This document shows, piece by piece, positions 36,977 through 49,222 of a DNA stretch of 64,000 nucleotides. Each line of letters starts with the position of its first letter. Positions within the stretch are counted from its first letter, which is position 1. The stretch comes from Microbotryum violaceum (lineage: Eukaryota). A program made the position numbers and the translations under genes. The stretch lies in assembly GCA_001244265.2 (NCBI GenBank), contig CDLV01000013.1, forward strand, positions 124,001 through 188,000, given 5' to 3'. The notes below the pieces were generated by a model. That model was not told the origin of the DNA. It was given only the letters and a program-made list of their open reading frames with translations, and made no database searches.

Positions 36977-39900
36977 CATAGCAAGAAAGGCCAAAACGAG
37001 GCGACCGTTTAGACCGGTGCCGTACAGTTCCGCACCACCGCCCGAAGTTGGCAATCCCTACACCATGTGGCATCAGGTGCCAGAGTTGGGAACCGGGTAT
37101 AATTTCGATTGGAGAAGACCCTAACGGTAAGCAGGTGATGATGCGACGCAATCAAGCACGATCCCAGGGCTCGGAAGGAACGTAAAAGCGCACCAGTATT
37201 TTGATCGGATGTACTCACCTTTGTTGGCGATGATATAGGCGAGAAGGCTTATGATCTGAGATCAAGGTGATTGTTGATCAAGCTTGAGTCAGGCTATGAC
37301 GTCATGCTTCTGGCTAGGAGCTTGATCGCTCGGCCCTCCCACCCTGCATGAATAAAGGCCGGAACTGTCGTAGATGGGCTCAAAACAGAAAGTTGTTCAC
37401 CTGTAACATCGCTGTTGAGAAACTAAGACACGAGCGAAAGCGTCTGCGCAAGTGCAGCTCCCCCAGGGCCATCACTACAGCGAGTCTCGACGTGGTCGCA
37501 CAAGCTGGTATCGTCATACGAGGAGTAGCCAGAGCGGTGAAGCACTTACAAGGAGGTGATGGTTCGTGCGAAAATATGTTTGTGGGTATGGAAACGTTGG
37601 CGTTGGCACCGCAGCACATGGATGGGAGCGAATCGAGTCATAACCCCGAGCAGGCTTGAACAAGCGTCCACAGGTGTTCGAATGGCGGGTGAGAATCGGA
37701 AGAAGACGACGACTGATCTGCAACGAGTGATCAAAGGCCTTGTTGTAGGCTTGAAACAAATGTACGCAAAATGTGGATCGAGAAGCCAACCTAGAGAGCA
37801 AGGTGATGCGACGTAATCGTCGGCGAGATGACGATGACGACGACAACGACAGGTCTTATAAGTTTTAGCCGAGCGAGTGGTATGTCGGCTTCCGGTAGGT
37901 ATGACCTCGTGCGCACAGCCGAGCTGGAACAATTGCAAGTTGGTGCGACGGAATAGGCAGCGAGATGACGATGATGAGGATGACGACGACGCGACGTTCT
38001 TCAAAGTGGGACTTGTGCGCGATATACGTTCGTTGATCACCAGGTCACCGAGGTCTGCACGTAGCATACAAGTCCGAGTGAAAGGCCCAACTTGAGCGGG
38101 CGGCGAGTGATTGGCCAAAGGAGAAGAGCGGACGACGACAGGGTGCCTATTTATACTCCCCTCAGTCGAATTTCCGCAGACAGATCAACTACTCCAAAGC
38201 TTCACAATCACACTCGCAAGCGAAGTCTGTCTCTTATCAACAGATTGCCAGAGGTGGCTTGCACGCGGATACTATCTAAGGCTCTGGTCTCGTTCACTCT
38301 CTCCTTCTTCTTTAACACACACTCGATATCTATCTCGCCCATTCGCCTGCTACAAGTTGATTGACCTTGGCGATACTCTATCTCACAATAGGTCATCTAT
38401 CAACGCCGTGTAGCTACAGCGAATCTTCATTCATTCATTGGTACTCCAAGTCCAAATCCACAACAATCGAGCCCGATGACTCTCGGTCGCTCCGCAGTCC
38501 CCGCTGGTTACGCGTCTGACTCTCGTCCATCCAGATGACAAGGAGCAAGGTGAACTTTTCGTCTCGTCCGACGCTAAATATTGCTTCGACTTGGGCAAAT
38601 ACGACACAGTCCCTTGAATCCGATAGAGCACCAAGAACGACAAAATCGCCGACGCGCACGGTGACCAGTCGAGCTCGGATCCGATCGTCATACCGTACTT
38701 TCGAGTGGTACAAGATGCGATCCGTTTTTCTCCAATAACACGCTGGAAATTCGACGTCGGAAGGCTTTCAATGAGCGGCGGACACCTCGGATCCGTTAAG
38801 CCACTTGGCAACTTATCGGTCGCCCGGGGCGTGACTTCCAGGCCGAACGCGCGGATTTGCTTCCTGTCGAGACGACCCATGGGACAAACCCTTTCTACCA
38901 TGTTTTTTGGAGAGGAAAAGGAAGTCGGTCCAATCAATGATAAAGCTCTGGCCCTCCTGCGCAATAAATCGTTATCGGGCAGACTGACCGGTCTTTGATC
39001 GAGGTCGTCACTGTCGCAGAAACGGTGCGAGCGCGGAAGATAGATTTCCGACAGGAGAGAGTAAACAGCCGCGTGGGAAGGAAGCCCCGCGCGCTCCCTA
39101 ACTTAAACAGAGCAAATTCCAATACCAAAATGACTAATGACTAAACGCACGGGCAACCGCGCAGATACCACAGGCACAGAAATATACCAAATGACACCTC
39201 GGCTGGCGCCTTGAGGATGGCGAATCGGCTGCGGCTTACTGGGAGACTCGGACGATGGTCGCGGATGTTCGGACCCAAGGGGCGGCTCGATGACCGAGTC
39301 ATACTTCTCCCGCACGCCGTCCAGCTGCTCTGGCGCAGGAATGGATTCTGAAGCCGGAAGCCAGGTGGACCGGGTGGACGGAGAAGATGCTTTACAAAGA
39401 TCTGTTCCCTTCGCCTCAGGATGGCCAGGATTTGATGCTGCCGAAACCAGTCAGTCGCGGGCTGTCGCGGGCGCAGCGCTGCAGTGGCGCGATGTCAATT
39501 TTCGAGTCGACACCTGCTGGGTTTGGCTCTTGCGTACTGCGGCTGACTCCCAAGGGAACGCGATTTGAATGCAGGGTGCCACCGCACTTTCTTCCCGATC
39601 TAGCAGCAAAACAGCTCGATTTTCGACATCCGAGACATGGTCCATCGTCAACAGAAGAAACACTATCTCAGCCGCCCCCAGCACTGTACTGTGCCGTGGA
39701 CCCTATGAAGAGCTTAGAGCCACTCGGTCCTGTACACAGATGCTTATCAGTCAAAGACGAACGAATGTCGCTCCTGCCGTGTGCCATACCGCCCACTGTA
39801 TCTCAGTAGATCTTCGGTTTTACTACTCAGTTTTGCATACCCAGAAATCCTATGCTACAGCCAGTTAAAAAAGACCCAACAGTACAGTGTACTATGAACG

Positions 39901-40553
39901 TGTCCACCGCATCAAGGAGGTTTCAGGAGTGCAATTTTTTTCGACCGGCCTTCCACCCTTGGTAAACGAAGCGAACCGTGCGCAATCCGACCCCTGGTCT
40001 TGAACCATTGGCAACCTCGGCAAGGAGTTAGAGAACTTGACTCCAAAGTTACCGAACCTACCACCGAGGTTGTAGAACCTGACGCCAAAGTTGGAGAACC
40101 TCATACTGAAATTGGAGAACCTCGGCACAATTCGAAAAACCTGAGCACCAAGTTGCCACCTTTGGACCGAGTGAATGCACGGTGACCAACCTCACCTCAA
40201 GCGCCCACACCGTCATGGTATGAGGAGCAGCGCAGTGAGCAAACGAAGATGCCGAGTAGAAGAGGATAGGGAACGTTAAGGGAAAAGAGAGGGAGAGCCG
40301 CGCTAGTCGCTGCCTCGAGTAATCTAAGTCAGAATCTAAAGAGGTCCGAGCGCGCCCGAGTTCCCATCCCCTAATCTCCGTATGCTGGAGTTGAGAGCGC
40401 CCCTGCAATGTAGTGTACACGATGACACATGGACGCTCCTCGAGGTCCCACACCTTGAAAAACTTCGCGCGCGCGCGCCGAACCATGGCGAACCTCCCGG
40501 CCAGGTGCGACACCGGTCTAAACGGTCGCCTCTTTTTGGCCTTTCTTGCTATG
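36977..40553. mobile_element. ~3.6-kb degenerate DNA transposon with ~49-bp terminal inverted repeats
   Basis: Left CATAGCAAGAAAGGCCAAAACGAGGCGACCGTTTAGACCGGTGCCGTAC; right end is its reverse complement with about 3 mismatches. Internal minus-strand relic VRVGDFVVL..VFAQVEAIF..LLLVIWMD resembles C-terminal regions of fungal transposases. No TSD seen. Confidence 0.7.
40003..40157. repeat. Degenerate 21-bp tandem repeat (heptad coiled-coil relic, KLENL-like)
   Basis: About 7 units of AAAGTTGGAGAACCT-like sequence at 21-bp period, with an in-frame stop. Confidence 0.65.
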
Positions 40554-42041
40554 AAGAGGCCGCCGCCGATGACATAATGTCGATGAGAGCTACGTGATTG
40601 ACAGCGGAACCGGTCGTTGCTCGGTTCCGGTTCCGAGATTTTAAACCTTGACTTTCACAAGTCTGAGGCTGAGGCTGCGCTTGAGGTTCCGAGGGAGACC
40701 GCCATCCGCAGATGGGGACGGCCGCCTGGCGCCGCACGGCAGCGCCTCGAGCGGGAGGACCCAAGAGCGCCGAGCTTTTTTTTCGCTCTTGGCACTCCCG
40801 CCTCGACGACGACATTTGATTCGGGCTTGGCCTTCTCCCATCGACACAACCATTATCATCCGTCTCCAGTCTCGACAAACACACGCACGCACGCACGCAC
40901 GCAATCTCCAGTGCCACACATCACAACTCACTGGGCCGACGTCGACACAACCCTTTTTGTATCACCTGGACGACTTGGGGGACTCGATACGGTGAGCAAT
41001 GCAACCTCTCTTGCGCGTGGTGGTCTTGCCGCGGGATCGGCGGGTCGGCGGCGCCAGAGAGCGCTGTAGTCGGGACGAACGCGCTGCCCCGCCTCGTCTC
41101 GGTGGACCCAGGTCTACTAAAATGGGGTGTAAAATGGGGTGTGGATACGATGGGTGTGATGAGGCAGGACGTGTTAGGGTATCAAGTGATGATGTGGCTC
41201 GTGTTGACGGGTGACTTGCGTGGCCGCTCGCGAGGTCGAAGTCAGGAATGCTTTGGTCGCGCAGTCGTGCTTGCTCCTGCCGGCCAATCAGTTGTTCCTC
41301 TCAGTTGGAGCACGCGCCGTGGTCCTTGCGCGGTCGCCCGCCGCTCACCGCTCCCCGACACCGACATGCACCAATGTGTTGCTTGCATGATCGGCCTGTC
41401 GTGTCAGCCTTCCGAACAATAACCATCTACGTGGGGACCTTGCGGTGTAGCCTTATATGCGGTCGCTCACCGGGTCCAAGGCCCCGCGTGAGACCATTGA
41501 AGACTTGAAGCGCGGCCTTGCGCTGCTGTCGTCAGCCGGTCGCCTGGGTGATTTAAAGTAGCGCTCCCCCTCCTCTCCCAGCCTCGACCGCGGGTCATCA
41601 TCAGTCGTTCGAACCTCGTTCGCCTATTGGTCAGGGCAAATCTGCTTCGTGCTTTTCCCCCATTCGCTTTCCCCGCAAGTGGCGGGCTTTGCTGGCACAG
41701 AATCTCGCTTCGATGCCCGACCCGTAGAGAGCATTTCGGCGGTCGGCTTTCAGGCTCTCAGGAGAGACCAGGCTGGCAAATCGGCGGGCGAAGATCGGCC
41801 AGGGCCCGCGCACGGCGGCGGGGCTTGGGGCTTGGCGCGGCTCAGGAAACGAATACGCGTCGCTGTTGCTTGTCCTGTCTGGACACACCACTCCACATCA
41901 CTGCCGCGCATGCTACGGACACATACACTGACACAGACGATATATCCATCCTCGACTTCCTCTCAGATACATCAGACCCATACTCCCTCACGACAGCACC
42001 CCATCGCTTGCTGGGGTGATCGCCGACTGAGTTGTCTTGGC
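40500..42041. promoter_or_regulatory. Cluster of seven GCCARG (PacC consensus) sites upstream of pacC
   Basis: Sites start at 40500, 40725, 40788, 40826, 41798, 41831 and 42036 (both orientations). Confidence 0.35.
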
Positions 42042-42076
42042 ATTTTCGTCGCATCTTATAACCGACCTTTTTCAGC

Positions 42077-44757
42077 ATGGCGCCCCACAAGAACGGTGTC
42101 GATGAGAATATCTGCCGCTGGGACGACTGTGGAGCCGAATTCTCTGACCCGGACGCGCTGTATGACCACATCACGTCGCTGCACATCGGCCGCAAGTCCG
42201 CCGGCACGCTCTCGCTCGAATGCAAGTGGACCGGATGCAACTCCAAGGCTTCCAAGCGTGACCACCTTACGTCCCACGCACGAGTACACATCAATTTGAA
42301 GCCCCATGTCTGCGAGGTGAGTCATCGCAAACGATCATCTCATCGAGCGGCCTCGTCTCTTTGTCGCCGAAGCTGACCTTGCCCACACCGCTCACAGATC
42401 TGCTCTAAAGCCTTCAAGCGACCCCAGGACCTGAAGAAGCACGAAAAGATCCACACCGAGGAGCACCACGTCAATCACAAGCATTCCAAGGCCGTCACCG
42501 TTCCGAGTGGTGCCCCGCGCGAGGTGTCGACCGCGATCGACCCTATCACACAGAATAAGAGCCACGACTCGCACCCCTTTCAGCCAAACCAACACCACGC
42601 CGTCCCTGTGCAGCAGATGCAACAGCAGATGGGCATGCCCAGCGCCTACGGTTTCGCTAGCTACCCCTTCGGCTTCCCCGTCTTTGGTCAAGCCGCCGCC
42701 GGTCAATCCGTCGATCTTTCGGCCTTCATCGCCCACCAGCAGCAACTCAACGCGCAGGCCGTGGCGGGGATGCACATGGGTCCCATGGGTTACCCCACAC
42801 TGCCGGCTTACGGCGCCCCTCACCATGCCGAACCGTTCCCTCAGGTCGGTCAACACCCGCACCAGGCGCAGCAGGCCCACGCCGCCGCTCAAGCTCATGC
42901 GATGCAACAAATGTTCGCGGCCCAGAACGCGGCCATGTTCCCTTACGGTCAAGCCGCTCTCCCCTATATGCAGCCCGGTGCGATGCCCATTCATCTCGCT
43001 CCTTCGGCACCCAACGCCGACGTTCGACGAGCCTCAGCGCCGGCGCCCGTTGCGGCCCCCAATAACGCGCCAAAGCCGTCCTCGCTCTATCCGTCCCTCC
43101 CGCAAGCTCTCAATGGCCTGGGGCGCCCCAACGCGCCGGCTTACACCTCCGTCCCGGTCAAGACTGAGGATCAACCCTCGCCTGCCAACTCAGCCCACTC
43201 ATCCCAGGGCAGCTACTACCCGAACTCTTTTCACTCGTCGAGCGTCTCACCTCGCGTCCCTGCCCTCTCCCCACCGTCCTACTCTTCGCCCGAGAACTTG
43301 GCGTCCCCTTTCTCGGAGCAGGACAGCGACTCGGGCTCGGCGAAACACTCAAACGCAGGCCGAGGCAAGAAGCGAGGCTTCGAAGAGGCTGCGGGTCAGT
43401 TCTTTGGCGACCTCAAGAACAAGCGTTTCCAGGACGAAGACGCCGTGGGGGTCCACCTCGACGCTTTGTCGCAGTTCCTTCTCTCGCCGGAATCGGTTGC
43501 GCCTTCCCTCACCCCTGCTCGTTCCAAGGACGGTCACTCGTCGTCGTCGTCGATCTGCTCGGACTACTCGACCCAGGCCGAAGTCAACCAGATCAACGAG
43601 CTCTTGCTTTCGCTCGGTCAGACAATCGAGTCCAAAGATCTAAACGAGTTCTTGCCCGCACCGCAGCAACAACAACAGCACGTCCAGCCGAACGCGATCC
43701 CGCAGCCACCATACACGACGTCGATGTATCCTTCTTTGGCTCAGATGGACCGACAGTACGCGCGTGCTCCCACCGGCTCAACGATGTACGGTCACCATAT
43801 CACCGATCCGATGCGACCGGGCAAGTCCATCGCCGCGCCGACGCTCGTCAACGACTTGCGCGCTCCGCAGTACACCACCGTCGATCGCCTTCACCGTGCT
43901 GCTCCTATGTCGTACCGCGATCAGCAGCAGAGTTTCGACGACCATGAGGAGGACTCGGTCGCCGCTCGCAAAAGCTACTCGTCTTCGATCCGCACGACGT
44001 CGTTCGACGAGATGGAAGAGGAGCCGAACACGTTGGCGCCGATTTGTGCCAGCTCGTCGCCGAGCTCGGGTTCAAATTTGTTCTCCGGCCGTGCATCCCT
44101 CACTCTTCCTTCCATCGCTTCCATCGTCCCGCCACACCCAACCGAGTCGACCGCACCGGTCACACTCCCTTCGATTCGTGCGCTGCTCGATGCCGTCGAG
44201 ACGACCGCCCGCAACGATGCTTCTACAAGCTCGCCCTCGCCCTCGCCCTCTGCGTCTTCATCCTCGTCCTCCTCTTCGTCTCCTGCTTCTCCTCCTTTTC
44301 GCTCGGCCTTGTACCCCAAGGCACCTGTGCGATCCTTCTCGACCGATTTGAAAGCTTCGACGTCGACGGTCCGACCCGGCTCTTCAAGTGGCGTTGTTGA
44401 TCGACTGACGCACCGCGTGCACAAGCTCGACGTCCATCCCGCCTCGATTCAAGACGACGAAGACGAGGATGCCTCCCCCCTCGAGGTTTCTTCGGACGAA
44501 GACGAAGACTCCGACCACCCCTCCAACAGCAAGCGTATCCGCTTTGAGTCCCCGAACCGATGGAGCAAGAAGATGATGACACGAGCGAGGGCCCGCGTCA
44601 GCAAGCGGATGCATGGGCACAGGCGAATCTGATCAAGCAACGACGGATGTTCGTGCTCAAGACGTTGATCGCTCACTTCAATGCTTCGTACCGCGCTAAG
44701 CTTGCGGCAAAGGCTTCGCAAACACCCTCCGCGTCAGCGACTGCGACCGCGGCATAG
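42077..44757 (+). CDS. pacC: pH-response C2H2 transcription factor PacC/Rim101
   Basis: Three fingers: [68 protein letters not shown] (intron 42317-42397). YPSL motifs. Apparent 1-nt frameshift at ~44550; as written the main frame stops at 44632. Confidence 0.95.
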
Positions 44758-45499
44758 CGTGCCTGTTATTCATACCCCTTCCCCCGATTTAAAGGGTTTT
44801 GCATGTATCCACACGTGTTTACATCTTTTTTGTGTGCGTGTCTTTCTATTGTTATATAAAGAAGTATTTCATTTCCTTGGTTGTCAGGACCGGCCTTTTT
44901 TTGTGTTTCTTCCTTGGTCTTCCTTCACCTAAGAGCGTGGCTTGTCATGTTGCAATCCATCATTGAGAACCTTTAAAGTGTTCACCTCGAAGCTTTTTAC
45001 GTGTTACTCGACCAACACCATGAGTCATTCGCTGTGAGCGGCCAGACCGAAATCTTCATTCTGCCCGTTCCCCAAGCAGTTACCCTCTCCGAGCGCTGAT
45101 GTTCCACTTCGGTTCTCTGATACCGTGTCCAGACCGCAGCAACAACAAAGAGACAAGCAAACAAACCCCCTCAAAAAATTAAGACCTCCAAGGAAGAAGC
45201 GACAAGACCAAGACAAAAAAAGGAAGAAGAAGAAAAAACGTGTGTGTGACTAAACCCCTCTCGCAACACTCGCGCTGCAAAGGTTTCGCCGTGAGCAGGG
45301 CGATGATCTCATTATTTTATTTTATTTGATGGATTTCAATAACAGTGCAGTAAAATTATTAACACCCGTGTAGGGCGGAATAGAGCTTTCAAGTGGCTAA
45401 AAGCTCGCCCGATTAAGAATCCATTAGTTAAAGCGATCACTTCTTCACAAAGTTTCGAGCTATACCTCGTGAGCAAAGTCGACCCCACAAAGGCTTACC

Positions 45500-45800
45500 G
45501 ACAGCAAGTTGGTAGTTCAAGTCAACAGAGTAGTGTTTTGTTGGAAAGGCACCATAGGCGTCTGGCAAAGATGCGAACGTTGTTCAAGTTGGGGAGGAAT
45601 ACTAGGCCATCGTAATAGACCAGGACATCGACAGTGCATTGAGCAGTGTACCAGGTGAGGCGCCGGTTCCGAAACGTCATCTGTGGCCGTCGACAAGGCG
45701 AAAAAGATGTTGGTTGTCAAGGCGTCGATCTGTTAGGAAATACACGCTGGGTAATAAGTAGGTGGAAGTCCAAAGCCGGAAGCAAACCGTTTCCTCTGCA
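45500..45800 (-). mobile_element. Possible degenerate Ty3/Gypsy pol fragment
   Basis: Minus-strand VLVYYDGLVFLPNLNNVRI resembles the linker before the integrase zinc finger; short and broken. Confidence 0.25.
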
Positions 45801-46784
45801 CGCGTAAACAGCTTAAGTCTGGCCCGGGGACGACCGGTGCTAAGATGCTGGTCGAGGGTGTGCTTAAGGAATGCTCGCGGACCAAGTACCTCTCGACATC
45901 AGACTAGAAAAAATGACCATCGAGATAATTTTTCAATAATCAAATCCCTCTTGGCCTAAACCAGGGGAAGGGACCTGAGGACGGCACTTCACTGGTGTGC
46001 AAGCAACGGGTTCGTGCAAACAAATCTTGACAAAGAACGAGCAAAGGTCACATGAGATAACTAGACTTATCATCTTCAATTCGAGGGGATACTGGGTTTG
46101 GTGTTTTTGGATCCTCTTTTTGTGAAAAAGAAAAACCACGCCTCCGAATCTTGAAGCTCCCGCGCCAGCACAATTTCGGCTGCGGATTTTCAGAACGATC
46201 TTGGAGACCGCTGTGAGACATTACATCGCGCCCTCAGCTCCGGTTGCTCAACGACTGAAGAAAGAAAAAAATCGTGATGACAGCAGCGTGATAGGAATGT
46301 ATAGCCTTGCTGAAACTTCTTTCACTAGTATCCATCCCGTGCGAGCTCGCGCGTTGCGCTTGGCGTCTTCTCTTTCTCTTTCCTCTCTCGGCGATTCATG
46401 ATCTTGCCTCACAACCTCGCACCCCGCCGACGATCCATCGCCATGTCAGATTCAGGTGACATTCAACCGGGCTGAACTCGGGCCTATGACTATACCACCT
46501 CATAATGCCGGAAAGTTAGTTTTGTCACGCCTCGATTCCGCTTCGTACCGCCGATTGTCTCCAATCGTCTCTGCGCCGCTCCGAGCCGTCTACAACCCCG
46601 TACGGGTCTCCCCACACAGAAATCAAATATCGTTATTACCTAGATGAAACCCCTCTTGATGACGACTCGCGCAAGTGTGGGTTACTCAGGTTATCTACAT
46701 GTTCGTAGCATCACCCTAAAAATCTGCCTCTGCTCAAGGATTCAGTTTGACTTGATACCCATGCTGTGTCAGAGCGCACTTACT

Positions 46785-46989
46785 TGTAAGGCGTCGCTCC
46801 GCCTACGCCTAAGCTCACGACGACCTCGAGCCAACCTCAGCGGCCTCACGCTTGCCCTCGCGCGCGGCGCCGCAGCGTCTCTTGACCTTAGTCCTTCTAG
46901 TAGTCTTTCTTCGCCTGCGAATACACCGTTTGATCCTTTCTGTTTGGATGTGGAATCAGTGAGGCTCGAGAGCGATCTCGTGCCTTTCA
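46785..46989. mobile_element. Solo LTR (205 bp) with 5-bp TSD TTACT, same family as 19787-19987
   Basis: TGTAAGG...CCTTTCA termini, TTACT on both sides. Confidence 0.9.
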
Positions 46990-47608
46990 TTACTATCAAT
47001 GTAAGCTTTTTTGGTTCATCTTTCACTACGAAATAACCGATGTGTGCTACCGTCCAACACCTGTGGGGTGACCCAGTGTTCAATGGACCCAGTTTGTTCC
47101 AAAACATGAAGATGGGAGCGTATGGCAGGTAACGGGGTTTCCTGTGCTTCCATGACCGGTTTTGAACAAGCATTCAAAAAAGCGCTATATATCCGGCGTT
47201 CCTAGCCGAAATGAGAGCTAGAGCAGTGCACTCGGACGGATAACAACGGCAGCCGCCAGCCAAACAGCGGACGTCGGATACCGAAGTCGGACAGACGTTC
47301 GTTCCATACGAAGAGAACGAACTAGTCCTTACTAATGAAGTGTGAGTTATTAATGCCGACAGGTGTACCGTCTATACCGCTAACGCCCGACTGCTGAAAC
47401 GACGTTATGGAAGCTGAGAAAGTTCGGAATCTGAGTTCAGCCGAGTGAGCAGCTTTTTTCAGCCACCGAGGCGTCCCCCAGCTACCGAGCTTGCAACAGG
47501 ACGTTCAGGGAAAAACGACCTAAATTTCTATAGCGACTCGTGCTCTTCTCGTAAGTGCCTCTCTTTCTATTCTTCCCCTCATCGACCCCATATTCACTCT
47601 CAAACGCC

Positions 47609-49055
47609 ATGATCCGGTCTCCCGCCTACATACTGGGCATCGTTACCCTTCTCGCCCCTGTCGTGCTAGCTGTTCAACCTTCTGAATGCGCTATAAAGTG
47701 CTCTCAATCATCCGAGAGCAACGCTACTGTAAGTACCTCACAGTTTTGGAGTCGACCCCTTGCTTCTGTAACCCACAGAAGTTCTCATCAACTCGAGCGC
47801 TGATCAGCTATAAATTGGTCTTCACCAATGCGATTTCGCCACCATTGTACAGTGTACCTCGTACACGGACTTAACTTGCGTATGCTCAAACAACGTGTAC
47901 GCGGACGCCGTCTCAGCGTGCGTTCAGCAAGGTACGTGCACGCCGCCTCGCCCAAGCTCGGCCATCGTGGCGAACTCTGATGCTGCCAGAATTTCGCATT
48001 CACTATCACACAGCATGTCCCGATCAATCCGAGGACATCATCAAGTTTGGGTGTGATACTTGCAAGAACTCACTCGATCGTGAGTTGCCATGCGTCCTCT
48101 TTGCCCGCACCGGCGGTTGTACGTCGAATAACAGCTCATAGACTGACGGCCCGCACGTTTGTTTGTCGCAGATTGCAAGGCGCCTGCCACTCAGTCCGCC
48201 ACACCTCCAGCAACCGAGCCGACGCCTACGGAATCCCAAAACAGTACCCCGGATGTGCAAGCCGCAGCTGTACTTGTCGACCCCTCCGCCGCCGAACCCC
48301 TGGCCACCAAACCCCTCACCTCCCAACCCATCGCCGCCGAACCCCTGGCCGCCGAAACCCTCGCCGCCAAACCCCTCGCCGCCGAACCCTTCGCCTCCGA
48401 ACCCATCGCCGCCAAACCCCTCACCTCCCAACCCATCGCCGCCGAACCCCTGGCCGCCAAACCCCCCGCCGCCAAACCCCCCGTCGCCGAACCCCTCGCC
48501 TCCGAACCCCTCGCCGCCGAACCCGCCGCCGCCAAACCCCTCGTCGCCGAACCCTTCGCCTCCGAATCCATCGCCGCCGAACCCGCCGCCGCCGAACCCA
48601 TCGCCGCCGAACCCGCCGCCGCCGAACCCCTGGCCGCCGAAACCCTCGCCGCCAAACCCCTCGCCGCCAAACCCTTCGCCTCCGAACCCCTGGCCACCAA
48701 ACCCCTCACCTCCCAACCCATCGCCGCCGAACCCCTCGCCTCCGAACCCATCGCCGCCGAACCCGCCGCCGCCAAACCCGTCGCCGCCAAACCCCCCGTC
48801 GCCGAACCCATCGCCGCCGGCCTTCCACTCGTCAAGCACCTGACCAAAACCACATACTGTCACCCCAAGCCCATGACCAAACCACCCAAGCCCTGTCCTT
48901 GTCATGGAAAGAAGGGTCTGAAACATGCAGTGACCATCCCTGGGTGTGCGGAAACGATTAAGTTTACCAAGAACCATCATCGTTATCGTGGACGAAAGCA
49001 CAGGCGCCCTCGACCCGAGGCATGCACTTGCAAGGCCCAGTGGCGATTTTCATAG
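47609..49055 (+). CDS. Secreted CFEM-domain protein with pentapeptide repeat stalk and basic Cys/His-rich tail, 3 introns
   Basis: Signal peptide MIRSPAYILGIVTLLAPVVLA. Spliced CFEM PSECAIKCSQSSESNAT|CTSYTDLTCVCSNNVYADAVSACVQQ|ACPDQSEDIIKFGCDTC. Intron phases join it to the (AEPLA)-type repeat exon. Confidence 0.85.
48291..48815. repeat. 35 x 15-bp coding minisatellite (consensus GCCGAACCCCTCGCC)
   Basis: Units counted from the translation; higher-order blocks (e.g. xKPLT-SQPIA-AEPLA) recur three times. Confidence 0.97.
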
Positions 49056-49222
49056 TCCCCAGAGTTTGACTTGCTCGCCTGCTTTCTGGCGTAGTAGTGT
49101 ATACCCAATCCTTGTGTGACAGGGTAGTCCTTGTCTTCAGTCCAGTATGGAACACAACGACCGTTTGCTAACTGCAGAACACTAAGACCCCTAAGTAAAT
49201 CCGCCATCGCATCCCTCGCCTT

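Noticed and set aside
34544..40415. CACTA element pairing CACTACAT (34544) with ATGTAGTG (40415)
   Set aside because: Only an 8-bp match, no TSD, and it would overlap the better-supported TIR pair.
19787..46989. One giant 27-kb LTR element bounded by the two LTR copies
   Set aside because: Each LTR has its own matching 5-bp TSD and the interval contains ordinary housekeeping genes.
48024..49001. Independent Gly-rich (GGEGF)n gene on the minus strand
   Set aside because: Antisense to the CFEM gene, no convincing start or signal peptide, and openness is explained by the stop-free repeat; kept only as an alternative in the frame finding.
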